Below, piece after piece: positions 15,171 through 31,700 of a stretch of DNA of 64,000 nt. The position numbers were made by a program, and so were the translations under genes. Each line of letters opens with the position of its first letter. Position 1 is the stretch's first letter. Source of the DNA: Nemertoderma westbladi (taxonomy: Eukaryota > Animalia > Xenacoelomorpha); assembly GCA_032718475.1 (NCBI GenBank), contig JAUCBJ010000069.1:62001-126000 (forward strand), given 5' to 3'. The notes below the pieces were generated by a model. It made no database searches. It saw nothing but the letters and a program-made list of their open reading frames with translations, and was not told where the DNA came from.

Positions 15171-18100
15171 CTGTCACACGGCTACTCTACAACACAAGGT
15201 GCTATTTAACCTAAAACCTCGCTGCCACACGGCTACTCTATACAACACAAGGTGCTATTTAACCTAAAACCTCGCTGCCACACGGCTACTCTACAACACA
15301 AGGTGCTATTTAACCTAAAACCTCGCTGCCACACGGCTACTCTATACAACACAAGGTGCTATTTAACCTAAAACCTCGCTGCCACACGGCTACTCTACAA
15401 CACATGGTGCTATTTAACCTGAAACCTCGCTGCCACACGGCTACTCTATACAACACAAGGTGCTATTTAACCTAAAACCTCGCTGCCACACGGCTACTCT
15501 ACAACACAAGGTTGCTATTTAACCTAAAACCTCGCTCTCACACGGCTACTCTACAACACAAGGTTGCTATTTAACCTAAAACCTCACTGCCACACGGCTA
15601 CTCTACACAACACAAGGTGCTATTTAACCTAAAACCTCGCTGTCACACGGCTACTCTACAACACAAGGTGCTATTTAACCTAAAACCTCGCTGCCACACG
15701 GCTACTCTATACAACACAAGGTGCTATTTAACCTAAAACCTCGCTCTCACACGGCTACTCTACAACACAAGGTTGCTATTTAACCTAAAACCTCACTGCC
15801 ACCCGGCTACTCTACACAACACAAGGTGCTATTTAACCTAAAACCTCGCTGCCACACGGCTACTCTATACAACACAAGGTGCTATTTAACCTAAAACCTC
15901 GCTGCCACACGGCTACTCTACAACACAAGGTGCTATTTAACCTAAAACCTCACTGTCACACGGCTACTCTACAACACAAGGTTGCTATTTAACCTAAAAC
16001 CTCGCTGTCACACGGCTACTCTATACAACACAAGGTTGCTATTTAACCTAAAACCACGCTCTCACACGGCTACTCTACAACACAAGGTTGCTATTTAACC
16101 TAAAACCTCACTGCCACACGGCTACTCTACACAACACAAGGTGCTATTTAACCTAAAACCTCGCTGCCACACGGCTACTCTACAACACAAGGTTGCTATT
16201 TAACCTAAAACCTCACTGCCACACGGCTACTCTACACAACACAAGGTGCTATTTAACCTAAAACCTCGCTGTCACACGGCTACTCTACAACACAAGGTGC
16301 TATTTAACCTAAAACCTCGCTGCCACACGGCTACTCTATACAACACAAGGTGCTATTTAACCTAAAACCTCACTGCCACACGGCTACTCTACAACACAAG
16401 GTGCTATTTAACCTAAAACCTCACTGTCACACGGCTACTCTACAACACAAGGTGCTATTTAACCTAAAACCTCACTGTCACACGGCTACTCTACAACACA
16501 AGGTTGCTATTTAACCTAAAACCTCGCTGTCACACGGCTACTCTATACAACACAAGGTTGCTATTTAACCTAAAACCTCGCTCCCACACGGCTACACTAT
16601 ACAACACAAGGTTGCTATTTAACCTAAAACCTCGCTGTCACACGGCTACTCTACAACACAAGGTTGCTATTTAACCTAAAACCTCACTGCCACACGGCTA
16701 CTCTACACAACACAAGGTGCTATTTAACCTAAAACCTCGCTGTCACACGGCTACTCTACAACACAAGGTGCTATTTAACCTAAAACCTCGCTGCCACACG
16801 GCTACTCTATACAACACAAGGTGCTATTTAACCTAAAACCTCGCTGCCACACGGCTACTCTACAACACAAGGTGCTATTTAACCTAAAACCTCGCTGCCA
16901 CACGGCTACTCTACAACACAAGGTGCTATTTAACCTAAAACCTCACTGTCACACGGCTACTCTACAACACAAGGTGCTATTTAACCTAAAACCTCGCTGT
17001 CACACGGCTACTCTACAACACAAGGTGCTATTTAACCTAAAACCTCGCTGTCACACGGCTACTCTACAACACAAGGTGCTATTTAACCTAAAACCTCGCT
17101 GCCACACGGCTACTCTATACAACACAAGGTGCTATTTAACCTAAAACCTCGCTGCCACACGGCTACTCTACAACACAAGGTGCTATTTAACCTAAAACCT
17201 CACTGTCACACGGCTACTCTACAACACAAGGTTGCTATTTAACCTAAAACCTCGCTCCCACACGTCTACTCTATACAACACAAGGTTGCTATTTAACCTA
17301 AAACCTCGCTCTCACACGGCTACTCTACAACACAAGGTTGCTATTTAACCTAAAACCTCACTGTCACACGGCTACTCTATACAACACAAGGTTGCTATTT
17401 AACCTAAAACCTCGCTCTCACACGGCTACTCTACAACACAAGGTTGCTATTTAACCTAAAACCTCGCTGCCACACGGCTACTCTACAACACAAGGTGCTA
17501 TTTAACCTAAAACCTCACTGTCACACGGCTACTCTATACAACACAAGGTTGCTATTTAACCTAAAACCTCGCTCTCACACGTCTACTCTACAACACAAGG
17601 TTGCTATTTAACCTAAAACCTCACTGTCACACGGCTACTCTATACAACACAAGGTGCTATTTAATCTAAAACCTCACTGTCACACGGCTACTCTCTACAA
17701 CACAAGGTGCTATTTAACCTAAAACCTCACTGTCACACGGCTACTCTACAACACAAGGTGCTATTTAACCTAAAACCTCGCTGTCACACGGCTACTCTAT
17801 ACAACACAAGGTGCTATTTAACCTAAAACCTCGCTGTCACACGGCTACTCTACAACACAAGGTGCTATTTAACCTAAAACCCCGCTGCCACACGGCTACT
17901 CTCTACAACACAAGGTGCTATTTAACCTAAAACCTCACTGTCACACGGCTACTCTACAACACAAGGTGCTATTTAACCTAAAACCCCGCTGCCACACGGC
18001 TACTCTATACAACACAAGGTTGCTATTTAACCTAAAACCCCACTGTCACACGGCTACTCTATACAACACAAGGTTGCTATTTAACCTAAAACCTCGCTCT

Positions 18101-21100
18101 CACACGGCTACTCTACAACACAAGGTTGCTATTTAACCTAAAACCTCACTGTCACACGGCTACTCTATACAACACAAGGTGCTATTTAACCTAAAACCTC
18201 ACTGCCACACGGCTACTCTACAACACAAGGTGCTATTTAACCTAAAACCTCGCTGCCACACGGCTACTCTATACAACACAAGGTTGCTATTTAACCTAAA
18301 ACCTCGCTGTCACACGGCTACTCTACAACACAAGGTGCTATTTAACCTAAAACCTCGCTGCCACACGGCTACTCTATACAACACAAGGTGCTATTTAACC
18401 TAAAACCTCGCTGCCACACGGCTACTCTACAACACAAGGTGCTATTTAACCTAAAACCTCGCTGCCACACGGCTACTCTACAACACAAGGTGCTATTTAA
18501 CCTAAAACCTCACTGTCACACGGCTACTCTATACAACACAAGGTGCTATTTAACCTAAAACCTCGCTGCCACACGGCTACTCTATACAACACAAGGTGCT
18601 ATTTAACCTAAAACCTCGCTGCCACACGGCTACTCTACAACACAAGGTGCTATTTAACCTAAAACCTCACTGTCACACGGCTACTCTATACAACACAAGG
18701 TTGCTATTTAACCTAAAACCTCGCTCTCACACGGCTACTCTACAACACAAGGTTGCTATTTAACCTAAAACCTCACTGCCACACGGCTACTCTACAACAC
18801 AAGGTGCTATTTAACCTAAAACCTCACTGTCACACGGCTACTCTATACAACACAAGGTTGCTATTTAACCTAAAACCTCACTGCCACACGGCTACTCTAC
18901 AACACAAGGTTGCTATTTAACCTAAAACCTCGCTCTCACACGGCTACTCTACACAACACAAGGTGCTATTTAACCTAAAATCCCACTGCCACACGGCTAC
19001 TCTATACAACACAAGGTGCTATTTAACCTAAAACCTCACTGCCACACGGCTACTCTATACAACACAAGGTGCTATTTAACCTAAAACCTCACTGCCACAC
19101 GGCTACTCTACACAACACAAGGTTGCTATTTAACCTAAAACCTCACTGCCTCACGGCTACTCTATACAACACAAGGTGCTATTTAACCTAAAACCTCACT
19201 GCCACACGGCTACTCTATACAACACAAGGTTGCTATTTAACCTAAAACCTCACTGCCACACGGCTACTCTACAACACAAGGTTGCTATTTAACCTAAAAC
19301 CTCACTGCCACACGGCTACTCTACAACACAAGGTTGCTATTTAACCTAAAACCTCACTGTCACACGGCTACTCTATACAACACAAGGTTGCTATTTAACC
19401 TAAAACCTCACTGTCACCCGGCTACTCTACAACACAAGGTTGCTATTTAACCTAAAACCTCACTGCCACACGGCTACTCTATACAACACAAGGTGCTATT
19501 TAACCTAAAACCTCACTGCCACACGGCTACTCTATACAACACAAGGTGCCATTTAACCTAAAACCTCTCTGCCACACGGCTACTCTATACAACACAAGGT
19601 GCTATTTAACCTAAAACCTCGCTGTCACACGGCTACTCTACAACACAAGGTTGCTATTTAACCTAAAACCTCACTGCCACACGGCTACTCTATACAACAC
19701 AAGGTGCTATTTAACCTAAAACCTCACTGTCACCCGGCTACTCTACAACACAAGGTGCTATTTAACCTAAAACCTCGCTGTCACACGGCTACTCTATACA
19801 ACACAAGGTGCTATTTAACCTAAAACCTCACTGTCACCCGGCTACTCTACAACACAAGGTGCTATTTAACCTAAAACCTCACTGCCACACGGCTACTCTA
19901 TACAACACAAGGTGCTATTTAACCTAAAACCTCACTGTCACCCGGCTACTCTACAACACAAGGTGCTATTTAACCTAAAACCTCGCTGTCACACGGCTAC
20001 TCTATACAACACAAGGTGCTATTTAACCTAAAACCTCGCTGCCACACGGCTACTCTATACAACACAAGGTGCTATTTAACCTAAAACCCCACTGCCACAC
20101 GGCTACTCTATACAACACAAGGTGCTATTTAACCTAAAACCTCGCTCTCACACGGCTACTCTACACAACACAAGGTGCTATTTAACCTAAAATCCCACTG
20201 CCACACGGCTACTCTATACAACACAAGGTGCTATTTAACCTAAAACCTCACTGTCACACGGCTACTCTATACAACACAAGGTGCTATTTAACCTAAAACC
20301 TCGCTCCCACACGGCTACTCTACACAACACAAGGGTGCTATTTAACCTAAAACCTCACTGCCACACGGCTACTCTATACAACACAAGGTGCTATTTAACC
20401 TAAAACCTCACTGTCACCCGGCTACTCTACAACACAAGGTGCTATTTAACCTAAAACCTCGCTGTCACACGGCTACTCTACAACACAAGGTTGCTATTTA
20501 ACCTAAAACCTCACTGCCACACGGCTACTCTATACAACACAAGGTGCTATTTAACCTAAAACCTCACTGTCACCCGGCTACTCTACAACACAAGGTGCTA
20601 TTTAACCTAAAACCTCGCTGTCACACGGCTACTCTATACAACACAAGGTGCTATTTAACCTAAAACCTCACTGTCACCCGGCTACTCTACAACACAAGGT
20701 GCTATTTAACCTAAAACCTCACTGCCACACGGCTACTCTATACAACACAAGGTGCTATTTAACCTAAAACCTCACTGTCACCCGGCTACTCTACAACACA
20801 AGGTGCTATTTAACCTAAAACCTCACTGCCACACGGCTACTCTATACAACACAAGGTGCCATTTAACCTAAAACCTCTCTGCCACACGGCTACTCTATAC
20901 AACACAAGGTGCTATTTAACCTAAAACCTCGCTGTCACACGGCTACTCTACAACACAAGGTTGCTATTTAACCTAAAACCTCACTGCCACACGGCTACTC
21001 TATACAACACAAGGTGCTATTTAACCTAAAACCTCACTGTCACCCGGCTACTCTACAACACAAGGTGCTATTTAACCTAAAACCTCGCTGTCACACGGCT

Positions 21101-21389
21101 ACTCTATACAACACAAGGTGCTATTTAACCTAAAACCTCACTGTCACCCGGCTACTCTACAACACAAGGTGCTATTTAACCTAAAACCTCACTGTCACAC
21201 GGCTACTCTATACAACACAAGGGTGCTATTTAACCTAAAATCCCACTGCCACACGGCTACTCTATACAACACAAGGTGCTATTTAACCTAAAACCTCACT
21301 GTCACCCGGCTACTCTACAACACAAGGTGCTATTTAACCTAAAACCTCACTGTCACACGGCTACTCTATACAACACAAGGTTGCTATTT

Positions 21390-21880
21390 AACCTAAAACC
21401 TCACTGTCACCCGGCTACTCTACAACACAAGGTGCTATTTAACCTAAAACCTCACTGTCACACGGCTACTCTATACAACACAAGGGTGCTATTTAACCTA
21501 AAATCCCACTGCCACACGGCTACTCTATACAACACAAGGTGCTATTTAACCTAAAACCTCACTGTCACCCGGCTACTCTACAACACAAGGTGCTATTTAA
21601 CCTAAAACCTCACTGTCACACGGCTACTCTATACAACACAAGGGTGCTATTTAACCTAAAATCCCACTGCCACACGGCTACTCTATACAACACAAGGTGC
21701 TATTTAACCTAAAACCTCACTGTCACCCGGCTACTCTACAACACAAGGTGCTATTTAACCTAAAACCTCACTGTCACACGGCTACTCTATACAACACAAG
21801 GGTGCTATTTAACCTAAAATCCCACTGCCACACGGCTACTCTATACAACACAAGGTGCTATTTAACCTAAAACCTCACTG
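21390..21880 (+). repeat. 158-bp trimeric higher-order repeat (51+54+53 bp)
   Basis: The rare GGGTG...AAAATCCC marker recurs at 21484, 21642 and 21800 (spacing 158), alternating with CACCCGG monomers. Confidence 0.8.
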
Positions 21881-24800
21881 TCACACGGCTACTCTATACA
21901 ACACAAGGTGCTATTTAACCTAAAACCTCGCTCCCACACGGCTACTCTATACAACACAAGGTTGCTATTTAACCTAAAACCTCACTGCCACACGGCTACT
22001 CTATACAACACAAGGTGCTATTTAACCTAAAACCTCACTGTCACCCGGCTACTCTACAACACAAGGTGCTATTTAACCTAAAACCTCACTGTCACACGGC
22101 TACTCTATACAACACAAGGTGCTATTTAACCTAAAACCCCACTGCCACACGGCTACTCTATACAACACAAGGTGCTATTTAACCTAAAACCTCACTGTCA
22201 CACGGCTACTCTATACAACACAAGGTACTATTTAACCTAAAACCTCACTGCCACACGGCTACTCTATACAACACAAGGTGCTATTTAACCTAAAACCTCA
22301 CTGTCACCCGGCTACTCTATACAACACAAGGTGCTATTTAACCTAAAACCTCACTGTCACACGGCTACTCTATACAACACAAGGTTGCTATTTAACCTAA
22401 AACCTCACTGTCACACGGCTACTCTATACAACACAAGGTGCTATTTAACCTAAAACCTCACTGTCACCCGGCTACTCTATACAACACAAGGTGCTATTTA
22501 ACCTAAAACCTCACTGTCACACGGCTACTCTATACAACACAAGGTTGCTATTTAACCTAAAACCTCACTGTCACACGGCTACTCTATACAACACAAGGTG
22601 CTATTTAACCTAAAACCTCGCTCCACAATGGCTACTCTATACAACACAAGGTTGCTATTTAACCTAAAACCTCACTGCCACACGGCTACTCTACAACACA
22701 AGGTGCTATTTAACCTAAAACCTCGCTGTCACACGGCTACTCTATACAACACAAGGTGCTATTTAACCTAAAACCTCGCTCCACAATGGCTACTCTATAC
22801 AACACAAGGTTGCTATTTAACCTAAAACCTCACTGCCACACGGCTACTCTACAACACAAGGTGCTATTTAACCTAAAACCTCACTGCCACACGGCTACTC
22901 TATACAACACAAGGTGCTATTTAACCTAAAACCTCGCTCCACAATGGCTACTCTATACAACACAAGGTGCTATTTAACCTAAAACCTCGCTGTCACACGG
23001 CTACTCTACAACACAAGGTGCTATTTAACCTAAAACCTCGCTCCACAATGGCTACTCTATACAACACAAGGTTGCTATTTAACCTAAAACCTCACTGTCA
23101 CACGGCTACTCTATACAACACAAGGTTGCTATTTAACCTAAAACCTCGCTCCACAATGGCTACTCTATACAACACAAGGTGCTATTTAACCTAAAACCTC
23201 GCTGTCACACGGCTACTCTATACAACACAAGGTTGCTATTTAACCTAAAACCTCGCTCTCACACGGCTACTCTATACAACACAAGGTGCTATTTAACCTA
23301 AAACCTCGCTCTCACACGGCTACTCTATACAACACAAGGTTGCTATTTAACCTAAAACCTCACTGTCACACGGCTACTCTACAACACAAGGTGCTATTTA
23401 ACCTAAAACCTCGCTCCACAATGGCTACTCTATACAACACAAGGTGCTATTTAACCTAAAACCTCGCTGTCACACGGCTACTCTATACAACACAAGGTGC
23501 TATTTAACCTAAAACCTCGCTCCACAATGGCTACTCTACAACACAAGGTGCTATTTAACCTAAAACCTCGCTCCACAATGGCTACTCTATACAACACAAG
23601 GTTGCTATTTAACCTAAAACCTCACTGTCACACGGCTACTCTACAACACAAGGTGCTATTTAACCTAAAACCTCGCTCCACAATGGCTACTCTATACAAC
23701 ACAAGGTGCTATTTAACCTAAAACCTCACTGTCACACGGCTACTCTATACAACACAAGGTTGCTATTTAACCTAAAACCTCGCTCCACAATGGCTACTCT
23801 ATACAACACAAGGTTGCTATTTAACCTAAAACCTCGCTGCCACACGGCTACTCTACAACACAAGGTTGCTATTTAACCTAAAACCTCGCTGCCACACGGC
23901 TACTCTATACAACACAAGGTGCTATTTAACCTAAAACCTCGCTGCCACACGGCTACTCTACAACACAAGGTGCTATTTAACCTAAAACCTCGCTGCCACA
24001 CGGCTACTCTACAACACAAGGTTGCTATTTAACCTAAAACCTCGCTGCCACACGGCTACTCTATACAACACAAGGTGCTATTTAACCTAAAACCTCGCTG
24101 CCACACGGCTACTCTACAACACAAGGTTGCTATTTAACCTAAAACCTCGCTGCCACACGGCTACTCTACAACACAAGGTTGCTATTTAACCTAAAACCTC
24201 GCTGCCACACGGCTACTCTATACAACACAAGGTGCTATTTAACCTAAAACCTCGCTGCCACACGGCTACTCTATACAACACAAGGTGCTATTTAACCTAA
24301 AACCTCGCTGCCACACGGCTACTCTACAACACAAGGTTGCTATTTAACCTAAAACCTCGCTGCCACACGGCTACTCTATACAACACAAGGTGCTATTTAA
24401 CCTAAAACCTCGCTGCCACACGGCTACTCTATACAACACAAGGTGCTATTTAACCTAAAACCTCGCTGCCACACGGCTACTCTACAACACAAGGTGCTAT
24501 TTAACCTAAAACCTCGCTGCCACACGGCTACTCTACAACACAAGGTTGCTATTTAACCTAAAACCTCGCTGCCACACGGCTACTCTATACAACACAAGGT
24601 GCTATTTAACCTAAAACCTCGCTGCCACACGGCTACTCTACAACACAAGGTGCTATTTAACCTAAAACCTCGCTGCCACACGGCTACTCTACAACACAAG
24701 GTGCTATTTAACCTAAAACCTCGCTGCCACACGGCTACTCTACAACACAAGGTTGCTATTTAACCTAAAACCTCGCTGCCACACGGCTACTCTATACAAC

Positions 24801-27800
24801 ACAAGGTGCTATTTAACCTAAAACCTTGCTGCCACACGGCTACTCTATACAACACAAGGTGCTATTTAACCTAAAACCTCGCTGCCACACGGCTACTCTA
24901 CAACACAAGGTGCTATTTAACCTAAAACCTCGCTGCCACACGGCTACTCTACAACACAAGGTTGCTATTTAACCTAAAACCTCGCTGCCACACGGCTACT
25001 CTATACAACACAAGGTGCTATTTAACCTAAAACCTCGCTGCCACACGGCTACTCTACAACACAAGGTGCTATTTAACCTAAAACCTCACTGTCACACGGC
25101 TACTCTATACAACACAAGGTTGCTATTTAACCTAAAACCTCGCTCCACAATGGCTACTCTATACAACACAAGGTTGCTATTTAACCTAAAACCTCGCTGC
25201 CACACGGCTACTCTACAACACAAGGTTGCTATTTAACCTAAAACCTCGCTGCCACACGGCTACTCTATACAACACAAGGTGCTATTTAACCTAAAACCTC
25301 GCTGCCACACGGCTACTCTACAACACAAGGTTGCTATTTAACCTAAAACCTCGCTGCCACACGGCTACTCTACAACACAAGGTTGCTATTTAACCTAAAA
25401 CCTCGCTGCCACACGGCTACTCTATACAACACAAGGTGCTATTTAACCTAAAACCTCGCTGCCACACGGCTACTCTACAACACAAGGTGCTATTTAACCT
25501 AAAACCTCGCTGCCACACGGCTACTCTACAACACAAGGTGCTATTTAACCTAAAACCTCGCTGCCACACGGCTACTCTACAACACAAGGTTGCTATTTAA
25601 CCTAAAACCTCACTGTCATACGGCTACTCTATACAACACAAGGTGCTATTTAACCTAAAACCTCGCTGCCACACGGCTACTCTACAACACAAGGTGCTAT
25701 TTAACCTAAAACCTCGCTGCCACACGGCTACTCTATACAACACAAGGTTGCTATTTAACCTAAAACCTCACTGCCACACGGCTACTCTATACAACACAAG
25801 GTTGCTATTTAACCTAAAACCTCACTGCCACACGGCTACTCTACAACACAAGGTGCTATTTAACCTAAAACCTCGCTCCACAATGGCTACTCTATACAAC
25901 ACAAGGTTGCTATTTAACCTAAAACCTCACTGCCACACGGCTACTCTATACAACACAAGGTTGCTATTTAACCTAAAACCTCACTGCCACACGGCTACTC
26001 TACACAACACAAGGTGCTATTTAACCTAAAACCTCGCTCCACAATGGCTACTCTATACAACACAAGGTTGCTATTTAACCTAAAACCCCGCTGCCACACG
26101 GCTACTCTATACAACACAAGGTTGCTATTTAACCTAAAACCCCGCTGTCACACGGCTACTCTATACAACACAAGGTGCTATTTAACCTAAAACCTCACTG
26201 CCACACGGCTACTCTATACAACACAAGGTTGCTATTTAACCTAAAACCTCACTGCCACACGGCTACTCTACAACACAAGGTGCTATTTAACCTAAAACCT
26301 CGCTCCACAATGGCTACTCTATACAACACAAGGTTGCTATTTAACCTAAAACCTCACTGCCACACGGCTACTCTATACAACACAAGGTTGCTATTTAACC
26401 TAAAACCTCACTGCCACACGGCTACTCTACACAACACAAGGTGCTATTTAACCTAAAACCTCGCTCCACAATGGCTACTCTATACAACACAAGGTTGCTA
26501 TTTAACCTAAAACCCCGCTGCCACACGGCTACTCTATACAACACAAGGTTGCTATTTAACCTAAAACCCCGCTGTCACACGGCTACTCTATACAACACAA
26601 GGTGCTATTTAACCTAAAACCTCACTGCCACACGGCTACTCTATACAACACAAGGTTGCTATTTAACCTAAAACCTCACTGCCACACGGCTACTCTACAC
26701 AACACAAGGTGCTATTTAACCTAAAACCTCGCTCCACAATGGCTACTCTATACAACACAAGGTTGCTATTTAACCTAAAACCCCGCTGCCACACGGCTAC
26801 TCTATACAACACAAGGTGCTATTTAACCTAAAACCTCACTGTCACACGGCTACTCTATACAACACAAGGTGCTATTTAACCTAAAACCTCGCTCTCACAC
26901 GGCTACTCTATACAACACAAGGTGCTATTTAACCTAAAACCTCACTGCCACACGGCTACTCTACAACACAAGGTGCTATTTAACCTAAAACCTCGCTCCA
27001 CAATGGCTACTCTATACAACACAAGGTTGCTATTTAACCTAAAACCCCGCTGCCACACGGCTACTCTATACAACACAAGGTTGCTATTTAACCTAAAACC
27101 TCGCTGCCACACGGCTACTATATACAACACAAGGTTGCTATTTAACCTAAAACCTCGCTGCCACACGGCTACTCTATACAACACAAGGTGCTATTTAACC
27201 TAAAACCTCGCTCCACAATGGCTACTCTATACAACACAAGGTGCTATTTAACCTAAAACCTCACTGCCACACGGCTACTCTATACAACACAAGGTTGCTA
27301 TTTAACCTAAAACCTCACTGTCACACGGCTACTCTATACAACACAAGGTTGCTATTTAACCTAAAACCTCGCTCCACAATGGCTACTCTAAACAACACAA
27401 GGTTGCTATTTAACCTAAAACCTCACTGCCACACGGCTACTCTACAACACAAGGTGTTATTTAACCTAAAACCTCACTGTCACACGGCTACTCTATACAA
27501 CACAAGGTGCTATTTAACCTAAAACCTCGCTCCACAATGGCTACTCTATACAACACAAGGTTGCTATTTAACCTAAAACCTCGCTGTCACACGGCTACTC
27601 TATACAACACAAGGTTGCTATTTAACCTAAAACCCCGCTCCACAATGGCTACTCTATACAACACAAGGTGCTATTTAACCTAAAACCTCGCTGTCACACG
27701 GCTACTCTACACAACACAAGGTTGCTATTTAACCTAAAACCTCACTGTCACACGGCTACTCTATACAACACAAGGTGCTATTTAACCTAAAACCTCGCTG

Positions 27801-28779
27801 TCACACGGCTACTCTACACAACACAAGGTTGCTATTTAACCTAAAACCTCACTGTCACACGGCTACTCTATACAACACAAGGTTCTATTTAACCTAAAAC
27901 CTCACTGCCACACGGCTACTCTACAACACAAGGTGCTATTTAACCTAAAACCTCACTGACACACGGCTACTCTATACAACACAAGGTGCTATTTAACCTA
28001 AAACCTCACTGCCACACGGCTACTCTATACAACACAAGGTTGCTATTTAACCTAAAACCCCGCTCCACAATGGCTACTCTATACAACACAAGGTGCTATT
28101 TAACCTAAAACCTCGCTCCACAATGGCTACTCTATACAACACAAGGTTGCTATTTAACCTAAAACCTCGCTCCACAATGGCTACTCTATACAACACAAGG
28201 TGCTATTTAACCTAAAACCTCGCTCCACAATGGCTACTCTATACAACACAAGGTGCTATTTAACCTAAAACCTCACTGCCACACGGCTACTCTACAACAC
28301 AAGGTTGCTATTTAACCTAAAACCTCGCTCTCACACGGCTACTCTATACAACACAAGGTGCTATTTAACCTAAAACCTCACTGCCACACGGCTACTCTAC
28401 AACACAAGGTGCTATTTAACCTAAAACCTCACTGACACACGGCTACTCTATACAACACAAGGTGCTATTTAACCTAAAACCTCACTGTCACACGGCTACT
28501 CTATACAACACAAGGTGCTATTTAACCTAAAACCTCACTGTCACACGGCTACTCTATACAACACAAGGTGCTATTTAACCTAAAACCTCACTGTCATACG
28601 GCTACTCTATACAACACAAGGTGCTATTTAACCTAAAACCTCGCTGCCACACGGCTACTCTATACAACACAAGGTTGCTATTTAACCTAAAACCTCGCTC
28701 TCACACGGCTACTCTATACAACACAAGGTGCTATTTAACCTAAAACCCCGCTCCACAATGGCTACTCTATACAACACAA

Positions 28780-31700
28780 GGTGCTATTTAACCTAAAACC
28801 TCGCTGCCACACGGCTACTCTATACAACACAAGGTTGCTATTTAACCTAAAACCCCGCTCCACAATGGCTACTCTATACAACACAAGGTGCTATTTAACC
28901 TAAAACCCCGCTGCCACACGGCTACTCTATACAACACAAGGTTGCTATTTAACCTAAAACCTCGCTCCACAATGGCTACTCTATACAACACAAGGTTGCT
29001 ATTTAACCTAAAACCTCGCTCCACAATGGCTACTCTATACAACACAAGGTGCTATTTAACCTAAAACCTCACTGTCACACGGCTACTCTATACAACACAA
29101 GGTGCTATTTAACCTAAAACCTCACTGTCACACGGCTACTCTATACAACACAAGGTGCTATTTAACCTAAAACCTCACTGTCACACGGCTACTCTATACA
29201 ACACAAGGTTGCTATTTAACCTAAAACCTCACTGTCACACGGCTACTCTATACAACACAAGGTGCTATTTAACCTAAAACCTCGCTGTCACACGGCTACT
29301 CTACAACACAAGGTGCTATTTAACCTAAAACCTCACTGCCACACGGCTACTCTACACAACACAAGGTTGCTATTTAACCTAAAACCTCGCTGTCACACGG
29401 CTACTCTATACAACACAAGGTGCTATTTAACCTAAAACCTCGCTCTCACACGGCTACTCTACAACACAAGGTGCTATTTAACCTAAAAACTCGCTCCACA
29501 ATGGCTACTCTATACAACACAAGGTTGCTATTTAACCTAAAACCTCACTGCCACACGGCTACTCTATACAACACAAGGTTGCTATTTAACCAAAAACCTC
29601 ACTGCCACACGGCTACTCTACAACACAAGGTGCTATTTAACCTAAAACCTCGCTCCACAATGGCTACTCTATACAACACAAGGTTGCTATTTAACCTAAA
29701 ACCTCACTGCCACACGGCTACTCTATACAACACAAGGTGCTATTTAACCTAAAACCTCGCTCCACAATGGCTACTCTATACAACACAAGGTGCTATTTAA
29801 CCTAAAACCTCGCTGTCACACGGCTACTCTATACAAAACAAGGTGCTATTTAACCTAAAACCTCGCTCCACAATGGCTACTCTATACAACACAAGGTGCT
29901 ATTTAACCTAAAACCTCGCTGTCACACGGCTACTCTATACAACACAAGGTGGTATTTAACCTAAAACCTCGCTCCACAATGGCTACTCTATACAACACAA
30001 GGTTGCTATTTAACCTAAAACCTCACTGCCACACGGCTACTCTATACAACACAAGGTGCTATTTAACCTAAAACCTCGCTCCACAATGGCTACTCTATAC
30101 AACACAAGGTGCTATTTAACCTAAAACCTCACTGCCACACGGCTACTCTATACAACACAAGGTGCTATTTAACCTAAAACCTCGCTCCACAATGGCTACT
30201 CTATACAACACAAGGTTGCTATTTAACCTAAAACCTCGCTCTCACACGGCTACTCTACACAACACAAGGTTGCTATTTAACCTAAAACCTCGCTCTCACA
30301 CGGCTACTCTATACAACACAAGGTGCTATTTAACCTAAAACCTCGCTCCACAATGGCTACTCTATACAACACAAGGTTGCTATTTAACCTAAAACCTCGC
30401 TCTCACACGGCTACTCTATACAACACAAGGTTGCTATTTAACCTAAAACCTCGCTCTCACACGGCTACTCTATACAACACAAGGTGCTATTTAACCTAAA
30501 ACCTCGCTGTCACACGGCTACTCTATACAACACAAGGTGCTATTTAACCTAAAACCTCGCTGTCACACGGCTACTCTATACAACACAAGGTGCTATTTAA
30601 CCTAAAACCTCACTGTCACACGGCTACTCTATACAACACAAGGTGCTATTTAACCTAAAACCTCGCTGTCACACGGCTACTCTACAACACAAGGTGCTAT
30701 TTAACCTAAAACCTCGCTGTCACACGGCTACTCTACAACACAAGGTGCTATTTAACCTAAAACCTCGCTCCACAATGGCTACTCTATACAACACAAGGTT
30801 GCTATTTAACCTAAAACCTCACTGCCACACGGCTACTCTATACAACACAAGGTGCTATTTAACCTAAAACCTCACTGTCACACGGCCACTCTACAACACA
30901 AGGTGCTATTTAACCTAAAACCTCGCTCCACAATGGCTACTCTATACAACACAAGGTTGCTATTTAACCTAAAACCTCGCTGTCACACGGCTACTCTACA
31001 ACACAAGGTGCTATTTAACCTAAAACCTCGTTCCACAATGGCTACTCTATACAACACAAGGTTGCTATTTAACCTAAAACCTCACTGCCACACGGCTACT
31101 CTATACAACACAAGGTGCTATTTAACCTAAAACCTCACTGCCACACGGCTACTCTATACAACACAAGGTGCTATTTAACCTAAAACCTCGCTCCACAATG
31201 GCTACTCTATACAACACAAGGTGCTATTTAACCTAAAACCTCGCTCCACAATGGCTACTCTATACAACACAAGGTGCTATTTAACCTAAAACCTCACTGC
31301 CACACGGCTACTCTATACAACACAAGGTGCTATTTAACCTAAAACCTCGCTCCACAATGGCTACTCTATACAACACAAGGTGCTATTTAACCTAAAACCT
31401 CGCTCCACAATGGCTACTCTATACAACACAAGGTGCTATTTAACCTAAAACCTCGCTCCACAATGGCTACTCTATACAACACAAGGTTGCTATTTAACCT
31501 AAAACCTCGCTGTCACACGGCTACTCTATACAACACAAGGTTGCTATTTAACCTAAAACCCCGCTCCACAATGGCTACTCTATACAACACAAGGTGCTAT
31601 TTAACCTAAAACCCCGCTGCCACACGGCTACTCTATACAACACAAGGTTGCTATTTAACCTAAAACCTCGCTCCACAATGGCTACTCTATACAACACAAG

